This document shows positions 14,440 through 26,989 of a stretch of 64,000 nt of DNA, in pieces. A program made the translations under genes and the position numbers. Position 1 is the first letter of the stretch, and each line of letters starts with the position of its first letter. Origin of the DNA: Octopus sinensis (taxonomy: Eukaryota); assembly GCF_006345805.1 (NCBI RefSeq), contig NC_042999.1:147808001-147872000 (forward strand), given 5' to 3'. The notes beneath the pieces are model-generated. The model was not told where the DNA came from, did no database searches, and saw nothing but the letters and a program-made list of their open reading frames with translations.

Positions 14440-15915
14440 AAATTGGTTTCATATTTTGGTCGAGGGCAACTTAGTGGAGTGTAAGTCGATTATACCAACC
14501 CCAATGCTGACCTGGTACTTAGTTTATCGACCCCGAACGGATGAAAGGTAATGTCGACCTCGGCGGAATTTGAACTCAGAACGTAAAAACGGACGAAATG
14601 CCGCTAAGTATTTTGTCCAGTGCGCTAATGATTCTTCCGGCTCGCCACCATTTTGGCACAAGGCCAGCAATTTCGGGGTTGGGAATAAGTCGATTACATC
14701 CAACCCATTGTTCAACTGATTCTTATTACATCGGCTCCGAAACGACGAAAGGCAAAGTCGACCTCGGTGGAATTTGAATCCTGAACGTAAATACGAATGA
14801 AATGCCGCTAAGAATTTTGTCCGGCATGATAACGATTCTGCCAGCCCGCCTTCTTACGAATAACAATATTATTGCTTTCCTTACGGTGACACTCTGGCAT
14901 ACTCAATAGCACGCCAGACAAAATGCTTAACGGCATTTCATCCGTCTTTACGTTCTGAGGTGAAATTCCGCCGAGGTCCACATTTCCTTTCATCACTTCG
15001 GGTCGATAAAATAAGAACCAGTTGAATACTGAGGCCGATTTACAGCTCTCCAAAACTTGCTGGCCCTGTGCCTAAATTTCAAACCAATTTTATTGATTGG
15101 GGAAGGCGATGATCAATCCCATTGATCCAGTGCTCGACTGGAACTTATTTCATCGACTTCCAAATCATGAAAGTTAAAATTGACCTCGTCGCAATTAGAA
15201 CTCAGTACTTAAAGTCGGAAGAATTGCTTCCAGCGTACTAACAATGCTTCTTGCTAACCGCCTAATAATAAATGATAATAATCCTTCCTAATATTGTCAC
15301 AAAGATGGCAATTTCGGAGGAGTGGGTCACTTGATTACAATGATCACAGTACTCAAGTGGTATTATTTATGGACACTGTGAAGATGAAAACCAAAGTAGA
15401 CCTCAGCAGAATTTGAACCCAGAAATTAGAGTGCCGGAAGAAATGCCACTAAGTATTTTCTCCGATGTGCCAATTATTCTGTAACCTCGCCACCTATTTC
15501 TTTACTACCCACAAGGGGCTAAACACAGAGGGGACAAACAAGGACAGACAAACGGATTAAGTCGATTATATGGAACCCAGTGCGTAACTGGTACATATTT
15601 TATCGACCCCGAAAAGGATGAAAGGCAAAGTCGACCTCGGCGGAATTAGAACTCAGACCGTAGCGGCAGACGAAATACCTATTTCTTTACTACCCACAAG
15701 GGGCTAGACACAGAGGGGACAAACAAGGACAGACAAACGGATTAAACCGATTATATCGACCCCAGTGCGTAACTGGTACTTAATTTATTGACCCCGAAGG
15801 GATGAAAGGCAAAGTCGTCCTCGGCGGAATTTGAACTCAGAACGTAACGGCAGACGAACTACTGCTAAGCATTTCGCCCGGCGTGCTAACGTTTCTGCCA
15901 GCTTGCCGCCTTAAC
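14440..15915. mobile_element. Cluster of ~7 copies of a second tRNA-derived SINE family (mostly minus strand, one plus copy, two head-to-tail)
   Basis: The core TTTATCGACCCCGAAAGGATGAAAGGCAAAGTCGACCTCGGCGGAATTTGAACTCAGAACGT recurs at ~14520, 14740, 15150, 15370, 15600 and 15785, and in reverse at ~14950-15010. Confidence 0.85.
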
Positions 15916-16043
15916 GATAGTAGTAATTCATTGAACTGTAGCACAAGACATGAAATTTTTTTTTTCCGTCGAGAGCATATATGCCCCAATATTAGACTAT
16001 TTTCTTTAGTCAGACCACGGCTTTAAGCTTATAAAATATTACG

Positions 16044-16074
<31 letters not shown>

Positions 16075-16559
16075 TGGGGGGAGGGATACAGACAGATAGA
16101 CAGATAAATATGACTATAATTAAGGGCAGAGAAGCCACTATGTCTTCATGCTACAAAAAGACGCCAAATACGTCCAACCACTACAAGATTCATTTCAATA
16201 TCCTGGCGATTGATAAAATTCATTAATTTTTAATGATTTTATCCTTTAATTATGTTTAGATGTATTTCATTCACTTCGGGACAGTTTATTTACTTCAGTA
16301 CTATTCTAACCAAATACACACGTGTAGAGGTGGACTACGAAATTCGATTCGTATATTTTTGTGGATATTTATATTTACTCGTATTTATGCGTGTGCATTT
16401 ATATGGATATGTATAAATGTTTTCATTTATTGCGCTCGATATGTTCTACTGATGAAGGAAGAGTTATTATACTTATCTAGAAATTGATCAATCTAGGATC
16501 ATCCGAATTATTTTACGAATTTTTGGTCTGTCCACTTTTTCCCGATTTCAACCTGTTCG

Positions 16560-16700
16560 CACGTGATATGAGTACACACTGCTCCTGAACCAGTTGTTGA
16601 GTGTCCCACCCAAGAGGAATCTATAGTAGATGTGTCGAAACAATTGTCGTGATTAATAATAAATTCTCGTATATTCCATCTTCTGTCATTCATTTGCCTT
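16560..16700 (+). mobile_element. PLE-type terminus with degenerate hammerhead-like motif
   Basis: CCAC-CCAAGA...GAAACAATTGTC-GTG, with palindromic stem III ACAATTGT. The tail GAAACAATTGTCGTGATTAATAATAAA resembles GAAACAATTGTAGTGATTGAAAATAAA at 49942. Confidence 0.45.
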
Positions 16701-16732
16701 ATGTGTGTGTATGTCTGTGTTTGTGTGTATGT

Positions 16733-16774
<42 letters not shown>

Positions 16775-17739
16775 CATGCCCACAAACACACATTCATTAT
16801 ATATACATTTATAAATAGAAGTACTGACGCATGCACACAGAAACACACAAACGCACATTTGTATATATACATTCACACACACACACACCACATATATATT
16901 TATTTCTGCATGCATTGATAAACATATTAACATACCTATATATGTATCGTCGTGTCTGTATGCATGCTTATATATGTATAGCTCTCTTTGAAAGGCCGTC
17001 TTTTGAAGTGTGTCTCTGATTGAAGTGAAATTAGACACTTTGCAAACAGGCTTCCTAATTGTGACTTGCGGGTATATTTTTGTATGTATACGAAGTTCTG
17101 CTTTGTTTTTCTGTATGGAGAGTATCAATCTATTTAAATCTACTGTTTATATTTATTTTATATATATTCATATTTATTAAAGCACCATTCATTTAATTTT
17201 AATAGTTTCATATATATAATTGGTTATAGGATTCAATGGAATCTAGGCACATTAACACATAGGTCCCCAGAAATGGCTGGGTACAATAACATAGGATTCA
17301 CAGTGAGACAGACATCAAGGAAGGGATTAAGTATTGGCGGGATACTGTAGATATGTAAATAATAAATCCAATCTAAAACGTTGATCCGACTCAGGAGCTG
17401 GTTAAATGTGTGGGGCAACAATAAAAAGAAAACAGGAATGGAATTTAAAATTCACGACAGCTGTTTTTGTAGAATTTTATTGATGTGTCCATAGATTACA
17501 TCACATCAAATAATCCAGAATCTTCAGGTACAATTTTAATCACGTATGAAACAGCTGAGATACAGCGAACAGTATTGGATAAGTCTGAAACGTATAAAAG
17601 AATAAAATAATATATATATAAACTCAATAATTTTGAGATATATGGATAAGAAATTTAATAAATGTAATTGCGTGAACTGCATAAAATGGTCTCATTTTGA
17701 TACATTGGAAACTTCTTAATCAAGGGGTGACTGCACTTC

Positions 17740-18110
17740 CATATTAAATCTCCGCGAAAATACTCTTGCTCTCTATTCCCTATTGAGTACTGATGGGATT
17801 GGCTCTCCTGCATTTGTAAATGGAGAGAAAATTAGCTTCGTGCTCGCTAAGATTTGGTTTTCCATAGTATCATTCTCTACCTGCGAATCTTATATCTTTG
17901 TTTCTGTATTTCGGTAGTTTTAGGCACCAGATGGATGTTTTCATTTATTTTCATTTTTTGCCGAGGGTGGAGCAGAAATTTTGAGTGCTTATTGGGCTTT
18001 TATTTCGTATTACTAACTTCTTTATCTGTATTTATATGTCGGAGAATTATTTGAATTCTTGTAATCATTCCGGGTAATTGAGTATAGTGTGAGAATTTTA
18101 CCCAGATGAT
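17740..18110 (-). pseudogene. Possible highly decayed PLE GIY-YIG fragment
   Basis: Minus-strand peptide ...TRIQIILRHINTDKEVS...HSKF...KQRYKIRR resembles the R-x-x-EH / H-x-F / KRKIxE pattern; heavily degraded. Confidence 0.25.
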
Positions 18111-18411
18111 CTGTTTGATTATGGCATATTCGAAATTCTCAATGGATTTTAGAACAGCCTGCAGTATCACTTTAATTCAAATCCTATATATATAATCTGG
18201 TTGTTCTCTAAGTACAATTCTTAGGAAAGCAGCTACCATATCTCTCAAAATCCCATGGTTGGCCACATAAAAGGCAACAAAAGAGTCGTGGAGGAAGCTA
18301 CCCTCATGAGGGTAATTTCACGTCTAAACTGTAGCTAACGGGAAATATAACTGGAGTGTGTACACTCTTTGGGTGAAAATCTGAGGATTAATACATACAT
18401 TCGTAATAAAT

Positions 18412-18770
18412 ATTCTTTTCTACTCTAGGCAGAAGGCTCGAAATTCTAGGGGAGGGGTCAGTCGATTAGATCGACCCCAGTACGTAACTGGTACTTAATT
18501 TATCGACCCAAAAAGGATGAAAAGCAAAGTCGAGCCAGGCAGAATTTGACCTCAGAACGTTAAGATAGACGAAATACCTATTTCTTTACTACGCACAAGG
18601 AGCTAAACACAGAGGAGACAAACAAGGACAGACAAACGGATTAAGTCGATTATATCGACCCCAGTGCGTAACTGGTACTTAATTTATCGACTCGGAAAGG
18701 ATGAAAGGCAAAGTCGACCTCGGCGGATTTTGAACGGCAAACGAAATACCTATTTCTTTACTATTGCTTC
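18412..18770 (-). mobile_element. SINE (second family), partial head-to-tail dimer
   Basis: Same core as 15493-15915, repeated at ~18490 and ~18670 and joined by GAAATACCTATTTCTTTACT. Confidence 0.85.
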
Positions 18771-19223
18771 GATAGGTCCCCATGTACGGAGAACAATTGT
18801 ATATTATGTAGGATGAACCCACAGGTGAACTGTAAGACGAGGAATGTAGTCTGTAGCTTACAGTTTACTGAATGATGGTGCAGAAACAAAACAACTTACA
18901 TTGCGGAGACAGGAGACACATAGACACACGTGCGCATACACACACACAGACAAACGCACACACAGACAAACACACATACACACACGCACACACAAGCGCA
19001 CAAGCATACGCACACACACACACACAGATGCAGACGCAAACGTATGCGCAGATAAAGATACAGCAAGAGTGGCAGTTTTTTATTAATTCTTTCAAGATGC
19101 GCTCCGCCATCTTGTTGAATTATAAGTCATTCCATGCCCACCGAACTTATTTAGTGGGCCGAATATGGCCCCACGAAGGGCTAAACAAGCAGAAAAACAT
19201 GTGATGAGTCCTTGGTGTTTCAG

Positions 19224-19501
19224 TTAACAAGATGGAACAAATGAACAACGAAACAGCGTCACCAAACGGGAGTAAACAAATGTTTTCAAAACGAACTTAC
19301 TTGGAGCGTTCGAAGACATCCGATGTCAACAACAACAATAACAATAATAATAATCATAAAAGCAATGATAATACGAGCCAATCCCGTAACACAACCCTAA
19401 ACTATAATTTGTCTATGAATAGTACAGCATCTTCCCTGTCCACAACTGCCGGTCCGAGACTGAATGCCCGCTGCAAGCCAACTCCAGACGGTTTAACGTA
19501 G
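19224..19501 (+). CDS. Candidate terminal coding exon, Asn/Ser/Thr-rich (..NKMEQMNNETASPNGSKQMFSKRTYLERSKTSDVN9...RCKPTPDGLT*)
   Basis: TGTTTCAG acceptor at 19216-19223, open in phase 1 through to TAG. Complex, non-TE-like peptide with a poly-Asn tract; phase-compatible with the 12792 microexon. Confidence 0.45.
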
Positions 19502-19596
19502 AAAACAAATGCATGTCCACAACATATTACATAATTCTACTATTAATTTTAAACAGATAGGCGCAAGAGTGGCTGTGTGGTAAGTAGCTTGCTTAC

Positions 19597-21719
19597 AGGT
19601 TGCTTCTGCTCATGTGCAAGTCAGTGTTGTACTTGACACCGAAGATGTAAGACGTGTTTTTGAAAGCCGTCTTAAATTAAGGTAAGAATTTTGGGGGTCT
19701 AGTGGGGACCTGTTGTATGTTGCAAATTATTTTTACAAGCAACAAGTCCTCACTAGGGTGTAGTCTGCCGGAGGCTGAGTGAAAATATTATTCACTTAAT
19801 TGTGAAAATTATTAGTTTGGTAGGCGTATCCTGCCAAACTTCTGTTTGAAAATAGTGTTGTTCCTGTTAAGGAGTACCTAGAAGAAATTTAGAATGATTT
19901 TTAACTGTCTTACAGTTGTGTTAAATTTTGGCCGTAACGGTTAATTGAGAATTTTTTTGAAAATTCCTCTTGTGAATTCTAGTGGGCGTATCTCGCCAAA
20001 AAAATAAGAATAAACCATTTGGATTACCTTTTTGGAGTATTATACAAAGGATTCCCTGTCTGTGCTATTTGTGAGATTTTTTTTTACTTTTCCCTTCTTC
20101 TATTATTTCTTTCTTTCTAAAAATTTTTGGTTCATTCTTTTCCTTACTTTAATTTCAGTTTCTTACCCTCCTCTTTTATTTTGTTTTATTTTTATTCGGT
20201 TTAATTTTTTGGCAGACTGTCTTTTGAACTACTTTTGAACTGTTTTTTGACATGGCAGAGAAGGAATTTAACAAGAAAAACTCTGTCTTAGAGTGGGAAA
20301 TTAACCCGCCTAAGCAATGGTTAAAAGATATGGAAGAGAAGACGGTGGTACGTAAAACATATTCTAAAGTTCTTAATTCCATCACCGTCTTCCCAAAACA
20401 AGTAATAAAAAATGAACTTAAAGAACATTTGTCCTCTGTAAAATATATATCCCGTGGTGTCAAACATGCAACCGTATGGTTGCTGTTTGACAACGGGGAA
20501 AAGGCTAGCCAGTTTGCGAGTCAGCCTTTAGAAGGCAAGGAAATCCTGTTTCTCCCGTCATATTGTGGAAGAAAATTAATACGAGCCTGGATATGTGGCC
20601 TCCCCCCGGGCACCGAAGCGGATTGAATTGAAGATACCATCCGGCGGGGACTGGGAGATGGCGGGCCCAGGCTCTTAAATATAAGAGTATTGCCGGCGGC
20701 CGATTGGGAAGGGTCAAAAGCGATTTTGACCCTGTGGACCCCATCGGCAGCAACAGAAATGGTTTTTCCAGATTTCTTGAAAATGGCTGGCTGCAGGTAT
20801 CCGGTGATACTTGAGGGACGTCCCCCAACGTGTCACTCGTGCCTGCAGCCAGGCCACATTAAAAGGAACTGCCCCCAGGACCATGGTAAGGTCCTGGAAC
20901 AGTCACCAGATGCCACCTCCCCTACCCGGTCAAAGGGAGAGGTGCATGTGGTCGAGGAGGCTTCAGCCTCCTCAACTCAAAAAGGATTAAAAAGGAAGAA
21001 GGCGGGGCAACAATAGTTGCCCGCCGAAAGAACCTAAGGCTTCGGGAGGCGGGGGAGAGTCTCCGGACAAAGCGGAAGGGCTCCACTCTCCCGAAGCCAG
21101 GAAGAAAAGAAAAAAAAGAAAGAAGAACGGGTCATCTCAGCAGGGAGATGTGCTGACTGCATGTCCCGAAGTTGTGCCACCCACGGTGGAAGAAACCACC
21201 CCCACCCTTAAAGATGATCAATTAATTATCTTTTTCTACAAGGGCGGGGAGGTGGAAAAAATAGTAGAAGAACTTAAAGAAACAGTAGATATGCCCTTCA
21301 CACGGGATCCCGAATGAGGCATGGGAAATGGCGGGATACAGGAACTCAAGCGGCATTGAAGATAATGATGAATATATCGATGGATATATCGAAGAGTAGG
21401 AGGTGAAAGACCCTCGTTACAGAGTTTGAAACCTCACCTTATTGGATTATTTTGTAGTGGTTTATAACCCAAATTTTGTGTTTTAAGAAAGAAAAAAGAA
21501 AATATGTTAAGTAAGATGTTTTAGTGCCTCCTCATTGTAAAAGGTTCGAAACCTTATATTGATTTTTAAAAAACAGAAAATATGTTTTCGAGAAAAATCC
21601 AATCGGCGGGTGTTGGGTTTCGTCTCTCATTTATTCATTATAATTCATTTTCATTCATTAATGTGTTTGTCCAGCCCGCAAAGCTATTTGTACTGTCTAT
21701 ATGACAAATTTATGAAATA
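19597..21719 (+). mobile_element. ORF1-only (gag-like, CCHC) L1/Tx1-type non-autonomous retroelement, 2123 bp, 15-bp TSD
   Basis: Perfect direct repeat AAGTAGCTTGCTTAC at 19582-19596 and 21720-21734; AATAAA spans the 3' junction. Contains an ORF1-like frame and no endonuclease or RT. Confidence 0.8.
20252..21016 (+). pseudogene. ORF1/gag-like zinc-knuckle protein with one in-frame TGA (20624-20626); probable frameshifted Lys/Pro-rich extension to ~21318
   Basis: ORFs 20252-20626 and 20690-21016 are in the same frame. The motif YPVILEGRPPTCHSCLQPGHIKRNCP is a CX2CX4HX4C knuckle in a context like L1/Tx1 ORF1. Confidence 0.75.
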
Positions 21720-22109
21720 AAGTAGCTTGCTTACGAACCACATGGTTCCGGGTTCAGTCCCACTGCGTGGCACCTTGGGCAAGTGTCTTCTACTATAGCC
21801 TTGGGCCGACTAAAGCCTTGTGAGTGGATTTGGTAGACGGAAACTGAAAGAAGCCCGTCGTATATATGTATATGTATATATGTATGTGTGTATACATTTG
21901 TGTGTCTGTGTTTGTCCCCCACCCCAACATCACTTGACAACCGATACTGGTGTGTTTACGTCCCCGTAACTTAGCGGTTCGGTAAAAGATACCGATAGAA
22001 TAAGTACAAAGAATAAATCCTGGGGTCGATTTGCTCGATTAAAGGCAGTGCTCCAGCATGGCCACAGTCAAATGACTGAAGCAAGCAAAAGAGTAAAAGA
22101 GGAAAGAGA

Positions 22110-22483
22110 TATTCTGCACATCTAAACTCATTTAGATATGAAGAGCATGGCAAATCCACGTCCCTAGCCAACTACATACACCATCTGATAAATAGAAAAG
22201 TGCCATGCAGGATATTCTGGGCCATAATAAATTCTGGTGCCCCACACAAGGCCAGCGCTCCACTTGTGGGCTCTGCCTGAAAGAAGCCCTCCAAACATTA
22301 ATTCATAATTCACTACAGTTACTCAATAAACAACACGAAGCATTTTCTACTTGTAAGCATAAGTTCTTTCACAACTTTAGATTCTTCCATAGGCCCAAAT
22401 GCAAAATTAACAGTCATAATATACGTAGGTTTCTCCTTTCCTTTTCTTCTATATCAACATACGTACCTTTAAAATCTAGCTAG
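22110..22483 (+). mobile_element. PLE GIY-YIG endonuclease C-terminal fragment
   Basis: HLNSFRYEEHGKSTSLANYIHHL...IFWAII...CGLCLKEALQTL...LLNKQHEAFSTCKHKFFH matches the HxxSF...ST.L..YI..LK...W...CxLCLxE...LN.R.E....C.H pattern. Confidence 0.75.
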
Positions 22484-22765
22484 CTTTAATTCCTTAAATT
22501 ATAAATTTCAAATGTTTAATCTTTAATTTTTAATTTAAATTTTTAACTTTTAACTTTTACTTTTTAAATTTTAATTCTTTAATTTGTTTCCTATATCCAT
22601 TTAATTATAGTTTTATCCTATATATACCCTCTTGTATGTATGTATGCATGTCTACGTAATATGTATATGTATATGTATGTATATATATGTGTGTATGTGC
22701 GTGTATATATGTGTATGTATATATATATACATGTATATATATATATGGATATATATATATATATG

Positions 22766-22811
<46 letters not shown>

Positions 22812-22844
22812 ATATTATATATATATATTATATATATATATATA

Positions 22845-22891
<47 letters not shown>

Positions 22892-22895
22892 TACA

Positions 22896-23301
22896 TACAA
22901 AAATGGGACAAGAGCACAAAACATCCAGATAGATGGGTGGCACAAAAAAGGGACAACAAAACAAACGATACAAAGAAAGCAAGGACAGGTCATTCGGAGT
23001 TTTCTATCCTCAGTCGAGTTCCAGATTATCTTTGCAATTTCGGCTGGTTATACTCGAGATTGCTCCAATCTGGCCAGCCCAAGAAAAAAACTAAGCTAAG
23101 TGAATTAGATTCCTTGGAAAAAAGCAGCGAATGTATACGAAAACAAGGACGCTGACCAGATTGGATCAATCTCGTGTATAACCAGCCGAAATTGCAAAGA
23201 TAATCTGGAACTCGACTGAGGATAGAAAACGCCGAATGGCCCGTCCTTGTTTACTTTGGATCGTCTGTTTGGATGTTTTGTGTTCTTGTCCCATTTTTGT
23301 A
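22896..23301. repeat. Fold-back inverted repeat of a PLE-like terminus (arms 22896-23078 and 23151-23301)
   Basis: The arms are reverse complements by eye (left arm has a ~28-bp insertion); 72-bp spacer; TA-microsatellite flanks. Confidence 0.9.
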
Positions 23302-23387
23302 TTTTTATATATATAAAAGATAGCGGCATACGTACACTTTGTTCTCTCTCTCTCTCTTCCTCTCTCTTTCTCTCTTCTTCTCTCTCT

Positions 23388-23445
<58 letters not shown>

Positions 23446-23542
23446 AACAACTTTTGTCTATATAAACAATCTTTAAAGGTATTTTAATATGCTGGCCATT
23501 GATAAAATTTTTTTTTCGAAAAATTTTATCCTACATTAGGTG

Positions 23543-23621
<79 letters not shown>

Positions 23622-24422
23622 GACTTACATATATATGCATGTTATATATGTATATACATATATGAAAACACACACACAGACGTACGCACTCACAAATACA
23701 CTTGATACGTATGTATGTAATATGTTTAAGCACGCAAATTCTCAGATATGCACAAACACGTTTCTGTGTATGTGTATGCGTATGAATACATGTTTTTTTT
23801 AGTATATTCCATATTGTATTGTGACATGCTATGTAATATGCTATGCTATACAATAACGTATATTATAACGTATTTTTAAATAATTGCAATTCAATCAATA
23901 TACTCTAGTTAAATAATACTGAATATGTAGTGTACCTTCAGTTGAAGTGAATTTTAATGTCTTTGGACCAGCCCTTCTTTTGATATTTCTAGATATTTCA
24001 ATGTATTTGCAACTTAATTGATTCCATAAATCTTTAAAAAATTACTCTTCAAAGATTTGATTTACGTTTGTAAAGTAAATCTTCAGCAGCTATATTGTTT
24101 GATGGATAAGTTCTCAATAATAGAAAGATAAAATGCTTAATCTAATAGCTTTCTAACATGACATAGTGAAGATCGAGCAAGAAACGTCATGTAGAAAACT
24201 TGTGAGTGGAAATCCTATTATATATTAAGAAAGAGCTTTTATCTCAAGTGCGTTTTTGAAAACATTTAATGTCGTTTTCTGACTCTATATGGAAGATTCA
24301 AAGAAATGTTTCATCTTACATTGCTACACGCACAGATATACTTCGTAATATGCAGGTGTACGCACACGCCCACACGCACACATATACAAGCATGCCCTCA
24401 CAACACAACACTCAAGCACACA

Positions 24423-24462
<40 letters not shown>

Positions 24463-24610
24463 TTTATCCTTATGTGTATAAAGCAAGCACACATATATGT
24501 ATGCGTGTATAAGTGTATATCTATAGTGTGTATATATTTGTACACTTGTGTTATAATCTGCGTGTGTGTGTGTCAGTGTGTGTGCGTGTGTATGTGTGTG
24601 TGTGTGTGTG

Positions 24611-24660
<50 letters not shown>

Positions 24661-24796
24661 CGTGACGATTGTTTGCAAAGACAAAGCGATTATAAGCAAG
24701 TATTTGTAGCGGCATACACGTTTAGAAACATCTTTCTACTTCTCTCTCAGCTTTACATCTTAGGTACTCTCTCTTATTTTTTCTAACGTATACGTA

Positions 24797-25400
<604 letters not shown>

Positions 25401-25761
25401 TATACAGCGATCTGTTTATACATACTTAAATCCAAATATTCATATAAATATTTATAAATATGCATACCTATATCCATATAGTTCAATGTCTGTGTCTTTG
25501 TGTTTATATGTCTGTATGTCAATAAGCATGTGCAATTATATATTGGGATTTTGAACCAATCACTGAATCTCTGCATTGTGAATTGTAGCTACACTGGCTT
25601 AGTCTAGAGGAGAGGAGCGCGAAGGTCGTAGGCAGAAGATGGTATTCGTGAATAATGAGGTTGATGCAAGTGGACTCGCTGCAGATCGATAACAGCAGAA
25701 GAAATATGAGCAGGGAAATAAATGCAGGAGGCTGAAGTTCGGACGAATATCCTGGATTTCT

Positions 25762-26079
25762 ACATTATTTACATTCGATGGATATTTGTCCTCATCTTGT
25801 TTGTTGTTAGCACAATGTTTCAGCTGATATACCCTCCAGCCTTCTTCAGGTGTCTTGGGGAAATTTCGAACCTGAGTTCTCATTATTGTTGTTGTCGTTG
25901 TTGTTGTTGTAGTTGTTGTTCTTGTTGTTGTTGTTGTTGTGTTGAGGTCGCTGCTTGGAATCGAACTCGAAATCTTGGGGTTAGTAGCCCGCGTTCTTAA
26001 CCACTACGCCATATGCGCCAAGATTCCGAGTTCGATTCCAAGCAGTGACCTGAACAATAACAATAATAATAATAATAGC

Positions 26080-26141
<62 letters not shown>

Positions 26142-26330
26142 CAACAACAACATCGAAAAATACCTTAGGAATGAGAACTCAGGTTCAAAAATCCCCCAAG
26201 ACTCCTGATGAAGTCTGGAGAGTATATCAGCCGAAACATTGTGCTAACAACAAACAAGATGAGGACAAATATCCGTCGAATGTAAATAATGTACATAATT
26301 CTTCATCTCTTAAATAGAGAACTGTTTCCT
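25762..26330. mobile_element. Head-to-head pair of a tRNA-headed element with (AAC/AAT)n linker and PLE-type hammerhead-like tail
   Basis: The minus copy (25762-26018) begins GGCGCATATGGCGTAGTGG... (A-box) ...GAGTTCGATTCC (B-box). The plus copy (26019-26330) is 5'-truncated. Tails contain CTGA(T/A)GA-AG(G/T)CTG...CAGC(C/T)-GAAAC. Confidence 0.85.
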
Positions 26331-26339
26331 GGACTTCTG

Positions 26340-26700
26340 CTTAATGAGTGGAAAAGGTATGGGCGCTATGTGGTTGACAGGGATCAGTGAATGTTGACTG
26401 TGTTTGACAGTGACTCGTATAGCTAGCTTACAGTAACAGAAACCACTGCATTATTGCAGAGAAAGCATGGGAAATACTTGTCTGTGTGTCATAGGTCAAT
26501 GTGTGCTTTGAGTGTTTTCAAGCCAGGCAGCCGAATGGTCTTGTAGCAGAACTGTCTCAGATGTGAGAGCAATATTCTACAGTGGATTTCACATGAAGTT
26601 TAAGATTAATAGTTGCTGAGCTCTACAGTATTTTCAAGATTTTCAGAAAGATACATGACCGATCCGTTGTGCTAGGCAGAGATGCTATCTGGTCAGATAT
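26340..26700 (-). mobile_element. Decayed CR1/Jockey-type LINE RT C-terminal fragment
   Basis: Minus-strand peptide LHVKSTVEYCSHI*DSS resembles the xRPxxEYCSHIW motif. Confidence 0.4.
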
Positions 26701-26989
26701 GCTTTGACGGTTAAATATTTCTATTACACTCTCACACACACACAGATATATATATATATATAATATATATATATGATAAAATATTAGGGAATAAATCCAA
26801 ACTTACAGGGAAAAATCAGATTTAGGATTAAATCCAATTTTATAGTAAAATATTATATTATATTAAATTAGAGATAAAACCACTATTAGGCAAATCAAAC
26901 AATGAAAAACTTAAGCCAATACATAAAATTAATTAATTTATATTATTTTAAATAAATATCAAAAGTATTAAAAGTTTAATAAAAGATAA

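Larger units (their letters stand above)
19560..22100 (+). mobile_element. tRNA-derived SINE (third family) split by a 2.1-kb insertion: head 19560-19596, remainder 21720-22100
   Basis: GGCGCAAGAGTGGCTGTGTGGTAAGTAGCTTGCTTAC resumes as ...GAACCACATGGTTCCGGGTTCAGTCCCACTGCGTGGCACC, collinear with the intact copies at 37537 (+) and 31020-31410 (-). Confidence 0.92.

Noticed and set aside
16508-17128. 206-aa minus-strand ORF
   Set aside because: The middle is microsatellite, and the complex end is the antisense of a PLE-like terminus.
20624-20626. TGA in the ORF1-like frame as programmed readthrough or selenocysteine
   Set aside because: The position is not a Cys motif and the element has another lesion (frameshift near 21000); a TGG>TGA decay mutation is simpler.
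25944-26018. Functional tRNA gene
   Set aside because: The acceptor stem does not pair properly, there is no T-run terminator, and the sequence continues into a repeat body; it is a SINE-type head. The same applies to the heads at 13200-13284, 37537 and 55449.
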